Below are positions 38,699 through 48,200 of a stretch of DNA of 61,563 bases, piece by piece. The stretch spans positions 1 to 61,563 of the IMG/VR virus record IMGVR_UViG_3300044678_000872; one strand, written 5' to 3'. The notes under the pieces were generated by a model, which ran no database searches, was not told the origin of the DNA, and saw nothing but the letters and a program-made list of their open reading frames with translations. Numbering within the stretch: position 1 is the first letter of the stretch; every line of letters begins with the position of its first letter. The position numbers and the translations under genes were made by a program. Source of the DNA: a virus (lineage: Duplodnaviria; Caudoviricetes).

Positions 38699-39100
38699 AT
38701 GCCAGCAATTACAACAATTGTAGGTAATTTAGTTAGAGATCCAGAAGAAAAAAGTTTTGGACCTGACAAGAACGTAACAAACATCCGTGTTGCCTGTACA
38801 GACCGTATGCCAGATGGCAAGGGTGGATGGAAAGATGGAGATACAGCATTTTATAACGTATCTGCATGGAGAAGCCTAGGAAAATATATGGCTTCTTCAC
38901 TAAAAAAGGGCGATAGAGTTATCGTTCAAGGTAAAATCAAATACCATGAATTTAAAAAAAGTGATGGTAGCAATGGTCATGCTTATGAAATTGAAGCATC
39001 TGATCTTGGTATATCCTTAAATGCTAAAACAGCAAAGGGCGGTAGTGAAACAACTACTATCAATACTACATCTAATGAATCAAATCCTTGGGAATCATAA
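38699..39100 (+). CDS. ssb: Single-stranded DNA-binding protein (bacterial Ssb type)
   Basis: TIVGNLVRDPE, FYNVSAWR, SLKKGDRVIVQG, NPW tail. Confidence 0.9.
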   Translation: MPAITTIVGNLVRDPEEKSFGPDKNVTNIRVACTDRMPDGKGGWKDGDTAFYNVSAWRSLGKYMASSLKKGDRVIVQGKIKYHEFKKSDGSNGHAYEIEASDLGISLNAKTAKGGSETTTINTTSNESNPWES

Positions 39101-39124
39101 GGCTATAATTAGATAGTATAATTG

Positions 39125-39158
39125 TAGAGGGTAGAGAAATCTGCCCTCTATTTTATTT
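39125..39158 (+). terminator. Intrinsic terminator
   Basis: TAGAGGGTAGA-gaaa-TCTGCCCTCTA followed by TTTTATTT. Confidence 0.8.
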
Positions 39159-39173
39159 ATTAGGAGACAATAA

Positions 39174-39560
39174 ATGGGAATGTATATTCAAGAAAAAGAT
39201 GATAAAGTAAAACAATCATTTAAGCCTAAAAAATGGCAGCCAATGATATTAAATGGAAAAGATGCAATTGTTCCTACAGAAGCAGGTAAATGCTTTTGGG
39301 AAGCACAACTACATTTGACCTTACCTAAAACAGGTAGACCAACATATGTAAAGATGAACTACTCAAGAGACTATAAAGGTAAAAACGATACCACTGGAAC
39401 AAATACATACGCTATTCCAGCAGATGTAGAATCTGTACAGTTTACACTCTCATGGTACTTTAATGCTAAACCAGACACACCAATTTCGTGTATGGTTTAT
39501 CACAATGGATCAACAGACATTGTTTCTGAAATAAGACAATTCAAAGGAATGATATTATAA
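39174..39560 (+). CDS. Hypothetical protein coupled to the M23 peptidase
   Basis: SD AGGAG; TAATG overlap. Confidence 0.65.
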   Translation: MGMYIQEKDDKVKQSFKPKKWQPMILNGKDAIVPTEAGKCFWEAQLHLTLPKTGRPTYVKMNYSRDYKGKNDTTGTNTYAIPADVESVQFTLSWYFNAKPDTPISCMVYHNGSTDIVSEIRQFKGMIL

Positions 39561-39949
39561 TGGCATCACCAATTAAAGATGGAAAGATTACAACAGCATA
39601 CAAAAAACTAGGTAAGATGTGGTCGAAAGGCTATCATACTGGGGTCGACTATGCAGTTAAGACAGGAACACCAGTACTTGCAGTTGCAGATGGAAAGATT
39701 GAACCAGCAAGTTGGGGAAAATCTTATGGAACTCAAGCAGTACAAAAAGTTGAAGGCGGATGGGTAATTTATGCACATCTATCAAAACTTGATGTAAAAG
39801 CAGGAGATAAAGTAACCAAGGGTCAACAAATTGGATTAAGTGGAAACACAGGAAACTCTTCTGGACCACACTTACATTTTGAAATGCGTGACAACATTCG
39901 TTGGTCAGCAGGAAAAGATTTAGATCCAACAGCAATTCTTAACTCATAA
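39560..39949 (+). CDS. M23 peptidase (endolysin candidate)
   Basis: HTGVD, YAHLS, SGNTGNSSGPHLHFE. Confidence 0.92.
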   Translation: MASPIKDGKITTAYKKLGKMWSKGYHTGVDYAVKTGTPVLAVADGKIEPASWGKSYGTQAVQKVEGGWVIYAHLSKLDVKAGDKVTKGQQIGLSGNTGNSSGPHLHFEMRDNIRWSAGKDLDPTAILNS

Positions 39950-40045
39950 TATATTATATTTTTAAATAATAAAGTATAATGTAAGTAGGCATATATTGCC
40001 TTGGAGTGAAAAGGAATTAATAAAAGAAGACTTAAAATAAGAGCA

Positions 40046-41413
40046 ATGCTTTTAGCACCATTGTTATTAGCATTGTTCTTTTCTTTTGTACCCCAAACTA
40101 ATGCAAACGTAGCACCTTGTGATACTTATCAAGTAAACGGTGGCGATCAAGCATTCTTAATGAATTTAAATACACCTCTTGAATGGGGTGGAACAGTTTA
40201 TACAAATAATATTTATGTAAGTCCAAAAGGAACTATTACATTTGGTGTAGGAGATTATACATTTTGGACTTTCCCACCAAGTCCATCTATATCAATTGGA
40301 TCTTGGGATTACCATGCATTTGCTAATACACCAGGTGCTCAGTGGGATCCTGGTTGGGGTGTAGGAAAAGATTTATATGTAAGATATGGATCAACTGCAA
40401 CATCTATATGTGTTGATTGGAAAGTAATGTTGTGGGGTCAAACAACTGGAGATCCTGTTTATATTAGAATGTTAGCAGAAGTAAATCCAGTTAATTATAC
40501 TTGGACTCCAACTTATCAAGTAAGTTCTAATGCACCAGCAGGTGCAAGATATGGTGCTAGATATGTTCAGAATGGTCAAGTTTTTCCATTAAGTGTTCAA
40601 ACCATTACAGAGCCACCCGCTCCAAGTCCTACGCCAACTCCTACGGAAACTCCTACGCCTACTCCAACACCTACACCAACACCTACTGAAACACCTTCAG
40701 AAAGCCCTACACCTACTCCTACGCCTACAGAAACAGTAGAGCCTAGTCCAGAGCCAACTCCTACAGAAACTCAGAGTCCAAATCCTGATCCAGTTGGTCC
40801 AGGTCCAACTGAAGAACCTGTTGTTGTACCAACTGACGAACCAGTAGAAGAAGTCCAAGAAGAAACGCCAGTGGAAGAAGAACAAGTTTTAGAACCTTCA
40901 CCTGAACCAACTCCTTTAGAAGAAATTATAGCAGTTGAAGAAGAAATGAATAATGCAATTGAAGAACTATTGGTTAATGAAGAAGAAATTACAGATGAAC
41001 AGTTAGAAAACATTGCAGAATTATTAATTCAAAACTATGAAGTAGATGAAGCAATGCCAGTAGCAGATTTAATTGAAGGATTAAATGATGAGCAAACTTT
41101 AGAATTTTTAGAACAATTAGATGAGAATCAAATAATTGAATACCGTGAAGGTGTTGAATTAGAAGCAGGTGTTGCAGTTGTATTTGAACAACTGTCAGAC
41201 CCTGCAGCCTTATTAGGAGAGTTTGTATCAGATCCAGGACAAGTGTTAGAAGCACTTGGACAATTGGGTGCTGATATGACAGAAGAAGAAAGAGAGGACT
41301 CACAAACAGTTGTTGTTGCAACAGTTATTGTGGGTCAATTAATAGGATCTGTAGCAATGTCTTCAAGCATAGTACAGATGAATGCAAGAGCAGAAATAAG
41401 GAGGATAACATGA
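40046..41413 (+). CDS. Exported protein with Pro/Thr linker, acidic stalk and C-terminal hydrophobic segment
   Basis: Signal-peptide-like N-terminus, beta domain, (PT)n repeats, Glu-rich region. Confidence 0.7.
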   Translation: MLLAPLLLALFFSFVPQTNANVAPCDTYQVNGGDQAFLMNLNTPLEWGGTVYTNNIYVSPKGTITFGVGDYTFWTFPPSPSISIGSWDYHAFANTPGAQWDPGWGVGKDLYVRYGSTATSICVDWKVMLWGQTTGDPVYIRMLAEVNPVNYTWTPTYQVSSNAPAGARYGARYVQNGQVFPLSVQTITEPPAPSPTPTPTETPTPTPTPTPTPTETPSESPTPTPTPTETVEPSPEPTPTETQSPNPDPVGPGPTEEPVVVPTDEPVEEVQEETPVEEEQVLEPSPEPTPLEEIIAVEEEMNNAIEELLVNEEEITDEQLENIAELLIQNYEVDEAMPVADLIEGLNDEQTLEFLEQLDENQIIEYREGVELEAGVAVVFEQLSDPAALLGEFVSDPGQVLEALGQLGADMTEEEREDSQTVVVATVIVGQLIGSVAMSSSIVQMNARAEIRRIT

Positions 41414-41895
41414 TAAAGGCAATACTAAAACCTTTTAAGTTTATCTTCAAAGCAGTTAAGTTCGTAGTTATGTTACCCATAAACCTAGTTAAGTTTATTC
41501 TAATCAAGGTTATGGCGGTAATTAAATATGTTCTTAATCTTGTTTGGAAGATACTTAAAGGTATATATAAAGGAATAGTCGTGGTAATTAAAGAAGCAAG
41601 TCAAGTTATTACCTGGATTATTACAAGTATCTGGAATGCAATTAAATGGGTATTTATTAATACCTGGAAATTAATTGTATGGGTATTTGAAAAAGCAGTA
41701 AAGTTAGTTAAATTTATATGGGCATGGCTAGTAGAAGCATTTGTAGAAACATTAAACCAATTGTGGACATTGCTAGGTATGTTCGCAGCATGGCTAGTAC
41801 TTGAAGGTAGTGCAAAAACTATCGTAGGGTATGCAATTATAACTGTCTTAATCGTATGGCTAGTAACTATACGAATAAGGGAAGGAGACGAATAA
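41410..41895 (+). CDS. Amphipathic membrane protein
   Basis: K/W/hydrophobic periodic helix plus two TM segments; ATGA coupling. Confidence 0.65.
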   Translation: MIKAILKPFKFIFKAVKFVVMLPINLVKFILIKVMAVIKYVLNLVWKILKGIYKGIVVVIKEASQVITWIITSIWNAIKWVFINTWKLIVWVFEKAVKLVKFIWAWLVEAFVETLNQLWTLLGMFAAWLVLEGSAKTIVGYAIITVLIVWLVTIRIREGDE

Positions 41896-42179
41896 TGGCA
41901 AAAGAAACAAAACTAGATGACGAAAAAGCAATGGGAGCAGTCAGTGGTATTAAAAATATTCTTCTTAGAATAATCGCTGTATTTGCAGCCAATGGGCTTG
42001 GAGTTATTGGTGCTGGTGCAATCATCGGTATCGACACTATGAGTGCAATAATTCTTGCAGGAACTCTAGGTGTTGCTACAGTAGTTGAAAAACTAGCACG
42101 AGGATTCATTGATGATGGAAGACTAAGCATTGATGAAATCAATAGTGCATTTAACTCAGTAGATAAGAAAGCAAATTAA
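41895..42179 (+). CDS. Holin-like membrane protein
   Basis: Two TM segments, charged C-terminus; SD AAGGAG, ATG 41895. Confidence 0.5.
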   Translation: MAKETKLDDEKAMGAVSGIKNILLRIIAVFAANGLGVIGAGAIIGIDTMSAIILAGTLGVATVVEKLARGFIDDGRLSIDEINSAFNSVDKKAN

Positions 42180-42269
42180 TACTGGGGGGAATCTGGCTTA
42201 GGAGATCTAGGGCTGGAGGTTTTTGGCTGGTGGGTTGCCTAAAACACTTTGAAGGGGTATAATTGTACT

Positions 42270-42401
42270 ATGTCAGATTCTAACTATTGTCAAGATTGTA
42301 AAAGATTAAAAGATATTGCTTGTACTTGTGGTATGTCATTTGGGGACAAGATTAAGACTTCCAACGTAAATTGGGCTTCTTGGTCTGATACTAGAAAGTA
42401 A
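42270..42401 (+). CDS. Small Cys-rich leaderless protein (not in the ORF track)
   Basis: 43 aa MSDSNYCQDCKRLKDIACTCGMSFG...; TATAAT at 42258-42263, 6 nt before ATG. Confidence 0.6.
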   Translation: MSDSNYCQDCKRLKDIACTCGMSFGDKIKTSNVNWASWSDTRK

Positions 42402-42420
42402 CTTGACTTGGGAATTTTTG

Positions 42421-42449
42421 TTGACAATAGGTATTTTTTCAGGTATGAT
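42421..42449 (+). promoter_or_regulatory. Sigma70-type promoter
   Basis: TTGACA-17-TATGAT. Confidence 0.65.
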
Positions 42450-42496
42450 GGTATTTACAGAACCAGGAATCTACGAGTATTTAAGAAAGAAGAAGT

Positions 42497-42679
42497 ATGT
42501 TAAACGATCCAAAAGCAAAAAGCATACATCAGAGTTTTATTAAAAAGTTTGGTCAAAGAGTAGATATAGATTATCTTAATACAGAAGATGTAGTTAATTT
42601 CTTTTTACAGTCCTCTGATGAATACGATAGACAAGTGTTACAAAATAGATTAGATAGATATAATGCAAATCAACGCTAG
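42497..42679 (+). CDS. Hypothetical protein
   Basis: 60-aa ORF downstream of the promoter. Confidence 0.5.
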   Translation: MLNDPKAKSIHQSFIKKFGQRVDIDYLNTEDVVNFFLQSSDEYDRQVLQNRLDRYNANQR

Positions 42680-42845
42680 AGGCATTCCTACTAGATGTTG
42701 CCCTATGTGTGGCACCAATATATTTAAAGTTTTAGTTACATTTGACGAAGAATATAATATAGAGCAATATTTATTAGATTCAGAGTGTGCAGAATGTGGA
42801 ACTTTAGTTACAGCCCCAACACCATTAGATTTGGAAACTACATGA
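42663..42845 (+). CDS. Zinc-ribbon protein
   Basis: CPMCG...CAECG. Confidence 0.7.
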   Translation: MQINARGIPTRCCPMCGTNIFKVLVTFDEEYNIEQYLLDSECAECGTLVTAPTPLDLETT

Positions 42846-43579
42846 AGATAAAATTTGTACCAATAAAAACAGCAATGCATGATAATAGTACCTATATTGA
42901 TTTGCCAGTTCCAGCAACTAATTTAATACCTGAATGGTTTAAAGAAATGCCACAACATATGAGTGGTGAAAAAAAAGATGCATTGTTTAAATTTAGTAAT
43001 CATGCAACAAACACAACAGTGAAAGCATGTTCTCCATTTTTAGACGGATTAAGTTCGGGTTACATATTTACTCTTCCATCAGATGTAGAGGTAAGAAGAA
43101 CTACAGATGAACATAATTTAAAATTTAGATATAGGGTAAATGAAGAAATTATATCTAACCATGATCCAATTCAACACCCAGGAATGCCAGTTCCAGAAGG
43201 TGGACAATTTAGTAATGTATTCAAGTGGTCATTTCCTTATAGAATTATTACGCCAAAAGGTTACAGCATGTTGTTTACTCATCCACTGAATAGACACGAC
43301 CTTCCTTTTAGAACATTTAGTGGAGTTGTAGAAACAGATTCATACACTCTTGCTGTTCAATTCCCATTTCAATTTACAAAAGAATTAGAAAAAGGTGATT
43401 CCTATATTATAAAGAAAGGAACCCCAGTTGTACAAATGGTTCCAATTAAAAGAGATAGTTGGGAACGAGAAAAGATTAAGCCAAATGAAGATGAAATTAA
43501 AAAGAATGTGTTTGAATATTTTTCTACAATTTCAAGATCATACAAGAAAAACTTTTGGCAAAAAAAAGAATATAAATAA
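42842..43579 (+). CDS. Hypothetical beta-rich protein (DUF6065/dUTPase-like fold, putative)
   Basis: TVKACSPF, TPKGYSMLF, GVVETD, IKKGTPVVQMVP; ATGA start at 42842. Confidence 0.55.
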   Translation: MKIKFVPIKTAMHDNSTYIDLPVPATNLIPEWFKEMPQHMSGEKKDALFKFSNHATNTTVKACSPFLDGLSSGYIFTLPSDVEVRRTTDEHNLKFRYRVNEEIISNHDPIQHPGMPVPEGGQFSNVFKWSFPYRIITPKGYSMLFTHPLNRHDLPFRTFSGVVETDSYTLAVQFPFQFTKELEKGDSYIIKKGTPVVQMVPIKRDSWEREKIKPNEDEIKKNVFEYFSTISRSYKKNFWQKKEYK

Positions 43580-43587
43580 GGAGAATA

Positions 43588-43854
43588 ATGGCACAAAAGA
43601 AAACATCTGATAGAAATACTAACAGAGCAAATGGCAAGGCTATAAAACAAAATCCTAAAGAGCCTAATGTTGGTGCTACAGGTAAAAGTCGTGGTGGATA
43701 TAATTTGGCTAAAAGACCAGATAAGGCTGCTGCTTGGGATGCTGCTAAAAAACGTCTTGCTCGTAAGGCTCGTAGAAAAGCGGCTAACCTAGCCTATAAG
43801 CATGGAGTAAGAACAGGACAACTTAAGAGGTCTACAGCAAGTGCAGATTCGTAA
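43588..43854 (+). CDS. Small highly basic protein
   Basis: SD AAGGAG; KKRLARKARRKA. Confidence 0.65.
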   Translation: MAQKKTSDRNTNRANGKAIKQNPKEPNVGATGKSRGGYNLAKRPDKAAAWDAAKKRLARKARRKAANLAYKHGVRTGQLKRSTASADS

Positions 43855-44050
43855 GCATAAGGATTATCGTGTCAATGAACTTGCAGAATTGATAGAGCAT
43901 TTGCAAGACGTAAAGTATCACATAAAGCCTTTTGAAATGGCAGAGGCTATTGTGATCTTTATGGATGATTTGCGGGGTAAAGAGTATGCTAGAAAAATAC
44001 AAGACTATGTAAAGTCTGACTACAAGTTTCAATCAAAGAATAAGGTATAA
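43841..44050 (+). CDS. Hypothetical protein
   Basis: GTG start with SD GAGG. Confidence 0.55.
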   Translation: MQIRKHKDYRVNELAELIEHLQDVKYHIKPFEMAEAIVIFMDDLRGKEYARKIQDYVKSDYKFQSKNKV

Positions 44051-44057
44051 TATTACT

Positions 44058-44462
44058 ATGTATGAATATAATGTAAAAAAGGTTTATAAAGTAGTGGATG
44101 GAGATACCATTGATGTTGATATTGATTTGGGCTTTAATGTTTCTTATTTCCAACGTGTCCGCCTTGCAGGTATCGACACACCAGAATCTCGCACAACAGA
44201 CTTACGAGAAAAAGAACTAGGATTACAATCAAAAGAGTGGCTTAAAAAGAAACTGGAAGGTGCTGAAAACATTGTTATTAAAACACAAAAACCAGATTCA
44301 ACAGAAAAATATGGTCGCATTCTAGGTGACTTACATATTAAGGGTTTTGATAAGTCCCTTAATCAAATGATGATTGATGAAGGATACGCTTGGGGATACA
44401 TGGGAGATACTAAAGTTAAAGACTTTCCAGCACTATTAGCAAAAAGAAACAAAAAGGCATAA
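44058..44462 (+). CDS. Staphylococcal nuclease-like (thermonuclease) protein
   Basis: VVDGDT, RVRLAGIDTPE, KYGRILG, GYA; leaderless promoter TATAAT at 44046-44051. Confidence 0.9.
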   Translation: MYEYNVKKVYKVVDGDTIDVDIDLGFNVSYFQRVRLAGIDTPESRTTDLREKELGLQSKEWLKKKLEGAENIVIKTQKPDSTEKYGRILGDLHIKGFDKSLNQMMIDEGYAWGYMGDTKVKDFPALLAKRNKKA

Positions 44463-44463
44463 A

Positions 44464-45393
44464 GTGTTAGCAGATATCAAAGTAGTTGGCTGCGGTGGCG
44501 GTGGAGTCAATGCTATTAATCGTATGGTTGACATGGGTTTATCTGGAGTTGAATTTGTTGCATTAAATACAGATGCTCAAGCATTAATTACAAGTCCAGC
44601 AAATATAAAATTAGATATTGGTCGTAACGTTACCAAAGGACTTGGTGCAGGTGCTGATCCAGAACAAGGAAGATTAGCAGCAGAAGAAAATATAGATGAT
44701 ATTAAAGATATAGTTTTTGGTTCAGACATGGTGTTTGTTACAGCAGGTATGGGTGGCGGAACAGGAACAGGAAGTGCTCCAGTAGTTGCAAGAGCAGCAA
44801 AAGATGTTGGTGCATTAACAATAGGTATTGTTACTACCCCATTCTTTTTTGAAGGTAAACAAAGAATGAATAAAGCCTTAGCGGGTATAGAAAAATTAAA
44901 AGAAAACGTAGATACTATTATAGTAATTCCTAATGAAAACTTATTAACTCTATTAAGTCCAAAAGTAACTATGACAGAAGCATTTGAAGAAGTAGATACT
45001 ATTTTATTAAAAGGTATTGCTTCTATTACTGATTTAATTACTACCCCTGGATTTATTAACGTGGACTTTGCAGACGTAAGACGTGTAATGGAGAACGCAG
45101 GAACAGCATTTATGGGTCTTGGATTTGGAGAAGGAAAGAATAGAGCAGATCAAGCAGCAGAGTCAGCAACTACTAGCCCTATATTGGATGTTAACTTAAA
45201 GGGTGCAAAAGGTATATTGCTTTCAATTGCATCAGCATCAAATATTACTATGGCTGAAGTTTCAACTATAACAAATGCAGTTTCAGAAAATGCTCATGAG
45301 GATGCAAACATAATTTTTGGTACAGTTGTTGATGAATCACTTGAAGATCAGATTCGTGTAACTGTAATTGCAACTGGTTTTGACGGTGAATAG
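44464..45393 (+). CDS. ftsZ: FtsZ GTPase, globular core only (no C-terminal tail)
   Basis: GCGGGGVNA, NTDAQAL, GLGAG, GMGGGTGTG, PF.FEG, INVDFADV, RVTVIATGFD, then stop after 2 residues. Confidence 0.97.
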   Translation: MLADIKVVGCGGGGVNAINRMVDMGLSGVEFVALNTDAQALITSPANIKLDIGRNVTKGLGAGADPEQGRLAAEENIDDIKDIVFGSDMVFVTAGMGGGTGTGSAPVVARAAKDVGALTIGIVTTPFFFEGKQRMNKALAGIEKLKENVDTIIVIPNENLLTLLSPKVTMTEAFEEVDTILLKGIASITDLITTPGFINVDFADVRRVMENAGTAFMGLGFGEGKNRADQAAESATTSPILDVNLKGAKGILLSIASASNITMAEVSTITNAVSENAHEDANIIFGTVVDESLEDQIRVTVIATGFDGE

Positions 45394-46058
45394 TGTCAGA
45401 ACCGCTTCATCATTTTTATCATATATACTCTAAAGGTCAATGGGAAGTTCCAGTACAAGATCACATTAGAGCATTAAAACAATACGGAATATATAATAAA
45501 CTATCTTCATTAAACGTAGGCATAGTGGGACCTCCAGAAACTAGAGAGGCTGTTAAAAATTATTTAAACTCTCAAGATATAAAATATAACGTATGCACTG
45601 AGGTAGATGATGGCTGGGAACAAGAAACATTAGATGAATTGTGGAACTTTGCAAAAAATAATGATGGTTATGCTTTATACGCACATACTAAAAATGCTGT
45701 AAACATAAACCCTCTTCATGTTTCTTGGAGAAAGTCTATGACATATTATAATGTTGTTAATTGGCAAAGTTGTGTTAAACTATTAGATAATAATTATTGT
45801 GCTGTAGGATGTCACTATTTATTAATAGATAACAAACTAGATGAAAGAATGCATGGCTTTTATGCAGGAACATATTGGTGGACGAAGATGAAATATTTAA
45901 AAAATTTTCCAAGACCAGCAAGAACTAATAGGTATGACGCAGAGGGTTGGATTGGATTTTTAAAACCTGTTGCAGAAGATATGGGTGATACATACGTTTT
46001 TCATGACTATACTCCATTTCACCCAGCAAGTGGATTAGGGTTTGTAACAGAATGGTAA
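45393..46058 (+). CDS. Glycosyltransferase-like protein (paralog 1)
   Basis: HFYHIY, WEQ.T, YAHTK, FYAGTYWW, AEGWIG; GT function inferred from family resemblance and context. Confidence 0.5.
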   Translation: MSEPLHHFYHIYSKGQWEVPVQDHIRALKQYGIYNKLSSLNVGIVGPPETREAVKNYLNSQDIKYNVCTEVDDGWEQETLDELWNFAKNNDGYALYAHTKNAVNINPLHVSWRKSMTYYNVVNWQSCVKLLDNNYCAVGCHYLLIDNKLDERMHGFYAGTYWWTKMKYLKNFPRPARTNRYDAEGWIGFLKPVAEDMGDTYVFHDYTPFHPASGLGFVTEW

Positions 46059-46699
46059 ATAACATATATCATTTTTATCACATATACGCTAATGGCAGTT
46101 GGAAAGATCCAGTAGATCAACATATAAAAGCATTAAAAAAATCTGGTTTGTATGAAGAAATAAAAACTTTAAAAATAGGATTAGTTGGTACATCAACAAG
46201 AATACAATCAGTAAAAGATTATTTATTAAGTATAGATATTAACTTTGAAGTAGTTGCAGAAAGTTTAACTGGGTGGGAACAAACTACGCAGATACCATTA
46301 CATCAGTTTGCACAGTCAAATGATGGATATGTTCTTTATGCACACACAAAAGGTGCTCATTCACAACAGCATCCTAACATTCCTTGGAGAGAAACTATGA
46401 TTCATTTTAATGTTTTAAAATGGAAAGAGTGCGTTGAAGCATTAAAAGACCATGACACAGCAGGATGTTTTTGGATACCAAGTGCTCCAAACTCACCAGA
46501 ACATTCTGGACACAATGGGTTTTACGGTGGAACTTTTTGGTGGACAACTTTAAAATTTATTAGAACCTTGCCAGAGCCAATGCTTGATCATAGGTGGAGA
46601 GCAGAGGGGTGGATAGGCATTAGACAAAATATTGATGGGCTAAAACCATTTTCATTCTTGCCAGGTAGTCCAGGAAACTATGTTGCTTTAGATGTCTAA
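46052..46699 (+). CDS. Glycosyltransferase-like protein (paralog 2)
   Basis: Same motif set: HFYHIY, WEQTT, YAHTKG, FYGGTFWW, AEGWIG. Confidence 0.5.
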   Translation: MVNNIYHFYHIYANGSWKDPVDQHIKALKKSGLYEEIKTLKIGLVGTSTRIQSVKDYLLSIDINFEVVAESLTGWEQTTQIPLHQFAQSNDGYVLYAHTKGAHSQQHPNIPWRETMIHFNVLKWKECVEALKDHDTAGCFWIPSAPNSPEHSGHNGFYGGTFWWTTLKFIRTLPEPMLDHRWRAEGWIGIRQNIDGLKPFSFLPGSPGNYVALDV

Positions 46700-47464
46700 A
46701 ACAATACATTTAAATCTATTAATAACTAATTCATAATCTTCGTGGCGATTCATATTCTCCATCGTAATACTTTCTATACCATCTAAATTTTTTATACATT
46801 TATTTATATACTTTAAGTAAGTTTTATTTTTCATAAAGTCAGCATAGTTATTGTTAGAAATGTGTATGCTTTTAACATAATTTGGATTAGGCATAGACCC
46901 AGATTCAATGTATTCATTTGCGGTATCAAAATGAGCATAAAGATTATCTATGTTTGACTCTTCTATAAACTTATTAATATAATCAGATTCATATCCAAAG
47001 TTATTGTTATACACCCTTGCATTGTTTTCTAAACAAAAAGATATTCCACGTTTACTAAATATAGATGATACAAAGTCAAAAAATATAAAATACTCAGTGA
47101 CATCGTCTCCCTGCCTTGTTGAAGGAGATCCATAAACTACGTGCTTTGCACCAAGCATAGAAGCATAGACAGCAACCTGATCAAAATGCTTTGAAAGGTA
47201 TATATAATCATCTTTGTTTAATTTACATATCTCAAAGTCTATTCCAAAGGTAATGCTTTGAAATGAATTAACTTTTAGTCCAGCCCTTTGTATTTTAAAT
47301 TTAAGATCTTCAATATCTTTTACTGATACGTCTTGCCATTTTTTATCTAACACATAGGTCAATGGTAGTTCTACATACTCAAAACCATATCTTTTTATTG
47401 TATGTAAGACTGTCTCTAACTTCTCTTCTTCAAGAAGACCTAGCAATGATACCGCTGTTATCAT
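46688..47464 (-). CDS. Sugar phosphate isomerase/epimerase (xylose isomerase-like TIM barrel)
   Basis: GFEYVEL, LGAKHVVYGSP, LENN, HFDTAN, HIS, TME metal ligands. Confidence 0.8.
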   Translation of the reverse strand: MITAVSLLGLLEEEKLETVLHTIKRYGFEYVELPLTYVLDKKWQDVSVKDIEDLKFKIQRAGLKVNSFQSITFGIDFEICKLNKDDYIYLSKHFDQVAVYASMLGAKHVVYGSPSTRQGDDVTEYFIFFDFVSSIFSKRGISFCLENNARVYNNNFGYESDYINKFIEESNIDNLYAHFDTANEYIESGSMPNPNYVKSIHISNNNYADFMKNKTYLKYINKCIKNLDGIESITMENMNRHEDYELVINRFKCIVLDI

Positions 47465-48200
47465 ATATAAATACCCTCATATCCTCTAGTACGTCCTTCT
47501 TGCTAATCAAATAATTCCAATGGTTATAGGTTGTTTTCATATCATATACCACATCAGCCTTCTCAACATAATTTTTTGATTTATATTTAAATAGATCAAA
47601 AACTTCTTGGTTTGTTATAGGTTGGGTAGCACAGTTAAGAATTTTTATATCCTGAGTTTGTACAAATTTAATCATTTGTTGTACAAGATTTACATTTATC
47701 CATTGCAGTTGGTTGTGTGGATTAACTGTATCTAAATAATCATAGTTCCTTGTAATTAAGTCAAAAAGTATGTTCTTCTTCATACCCTCACCATAGACCG
47801 TAGGAAGCCTCAAAATGCGGTAATTTAGCCCTTTTACGGCATCTTCTAGCAGCCTTCTATGGTTGCTATAGGGTTGATCAGAAAACGTCTCATCTAGTTC
47901 AAAATTTCTATTTCCTTTTGAGTAATCAAATATGTCACAAGTGGATATGTGTATTACTTCATTAGCAGTTGAAGCCTTTACAGCCTCTATAAGTCTAGAT
48001 ACCTTAGCCAAATCATCTTGTGGATTTTTATTTGCTTGCCACTTCACGGCTGAAGGTGCTGCAATTATTAGGGTATCGTGATTAATATCTGGTAGTTTAT
48101 GTATATTTTTAGAGTTATAAATATTACCTATTTGTTTGCCATAGTCTTTCATTAACTGTTGACCTATGAAACCTGAGTATCCAACTAAACTAATTGCCAT
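47430..48200 (-). CDS. NAD-dependent epimerase/dehydratase (extended SDR)
   Basis: GYSGFIG, HISTCD, Y.NHR, ILRLPTVYG. Confidence 0.85.
   Translation of the reverse strand: MAISLVGYSGFIGQQLMKDYGKQIGNIYNSKNIHKLPDINHDTLIIAAPSAVKWQANKNPQDDLAKVSRLIEAVKASTANEVIHISTCDIFDYSKGNRNFELDETFSDQPYSNHRRLLEDAVKGLNYRILRLPTVYGEGMKKNILFDLITRNYDYLDTVNPHNQLQWINVNLVQQMIKFVQTQDIKILNCATQPITNQEVFDLFKYKSKNYVEKADVVYDMKTTYNHWNYLISKKDVLEDMRVFIYDNSGIIARSS

Noticed and set aside
40612-40780. CC(A/T)AC(T/A/G) short tandem repeats as a DNA element
   Set aside because: They encode a Pro/Thr linker with third-position variation
310-44032. Many short opposite-strand or alternate-frame ORFs in the track (e.g. 310..642, 3948..4565, 8540..8939, 28261..28929, 40697..41507)
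   Set aside because: They shadow well-supported genes and lack SDs or protein-like motifs
44464-45393. ftsZ as a host chromosomal fragment or prophage boundary
   Set aside because: No ftsQ/sepF/mur neighbours, phage-like composition and tight packing with phage genes on both sides; chimerism still needs a read-level check
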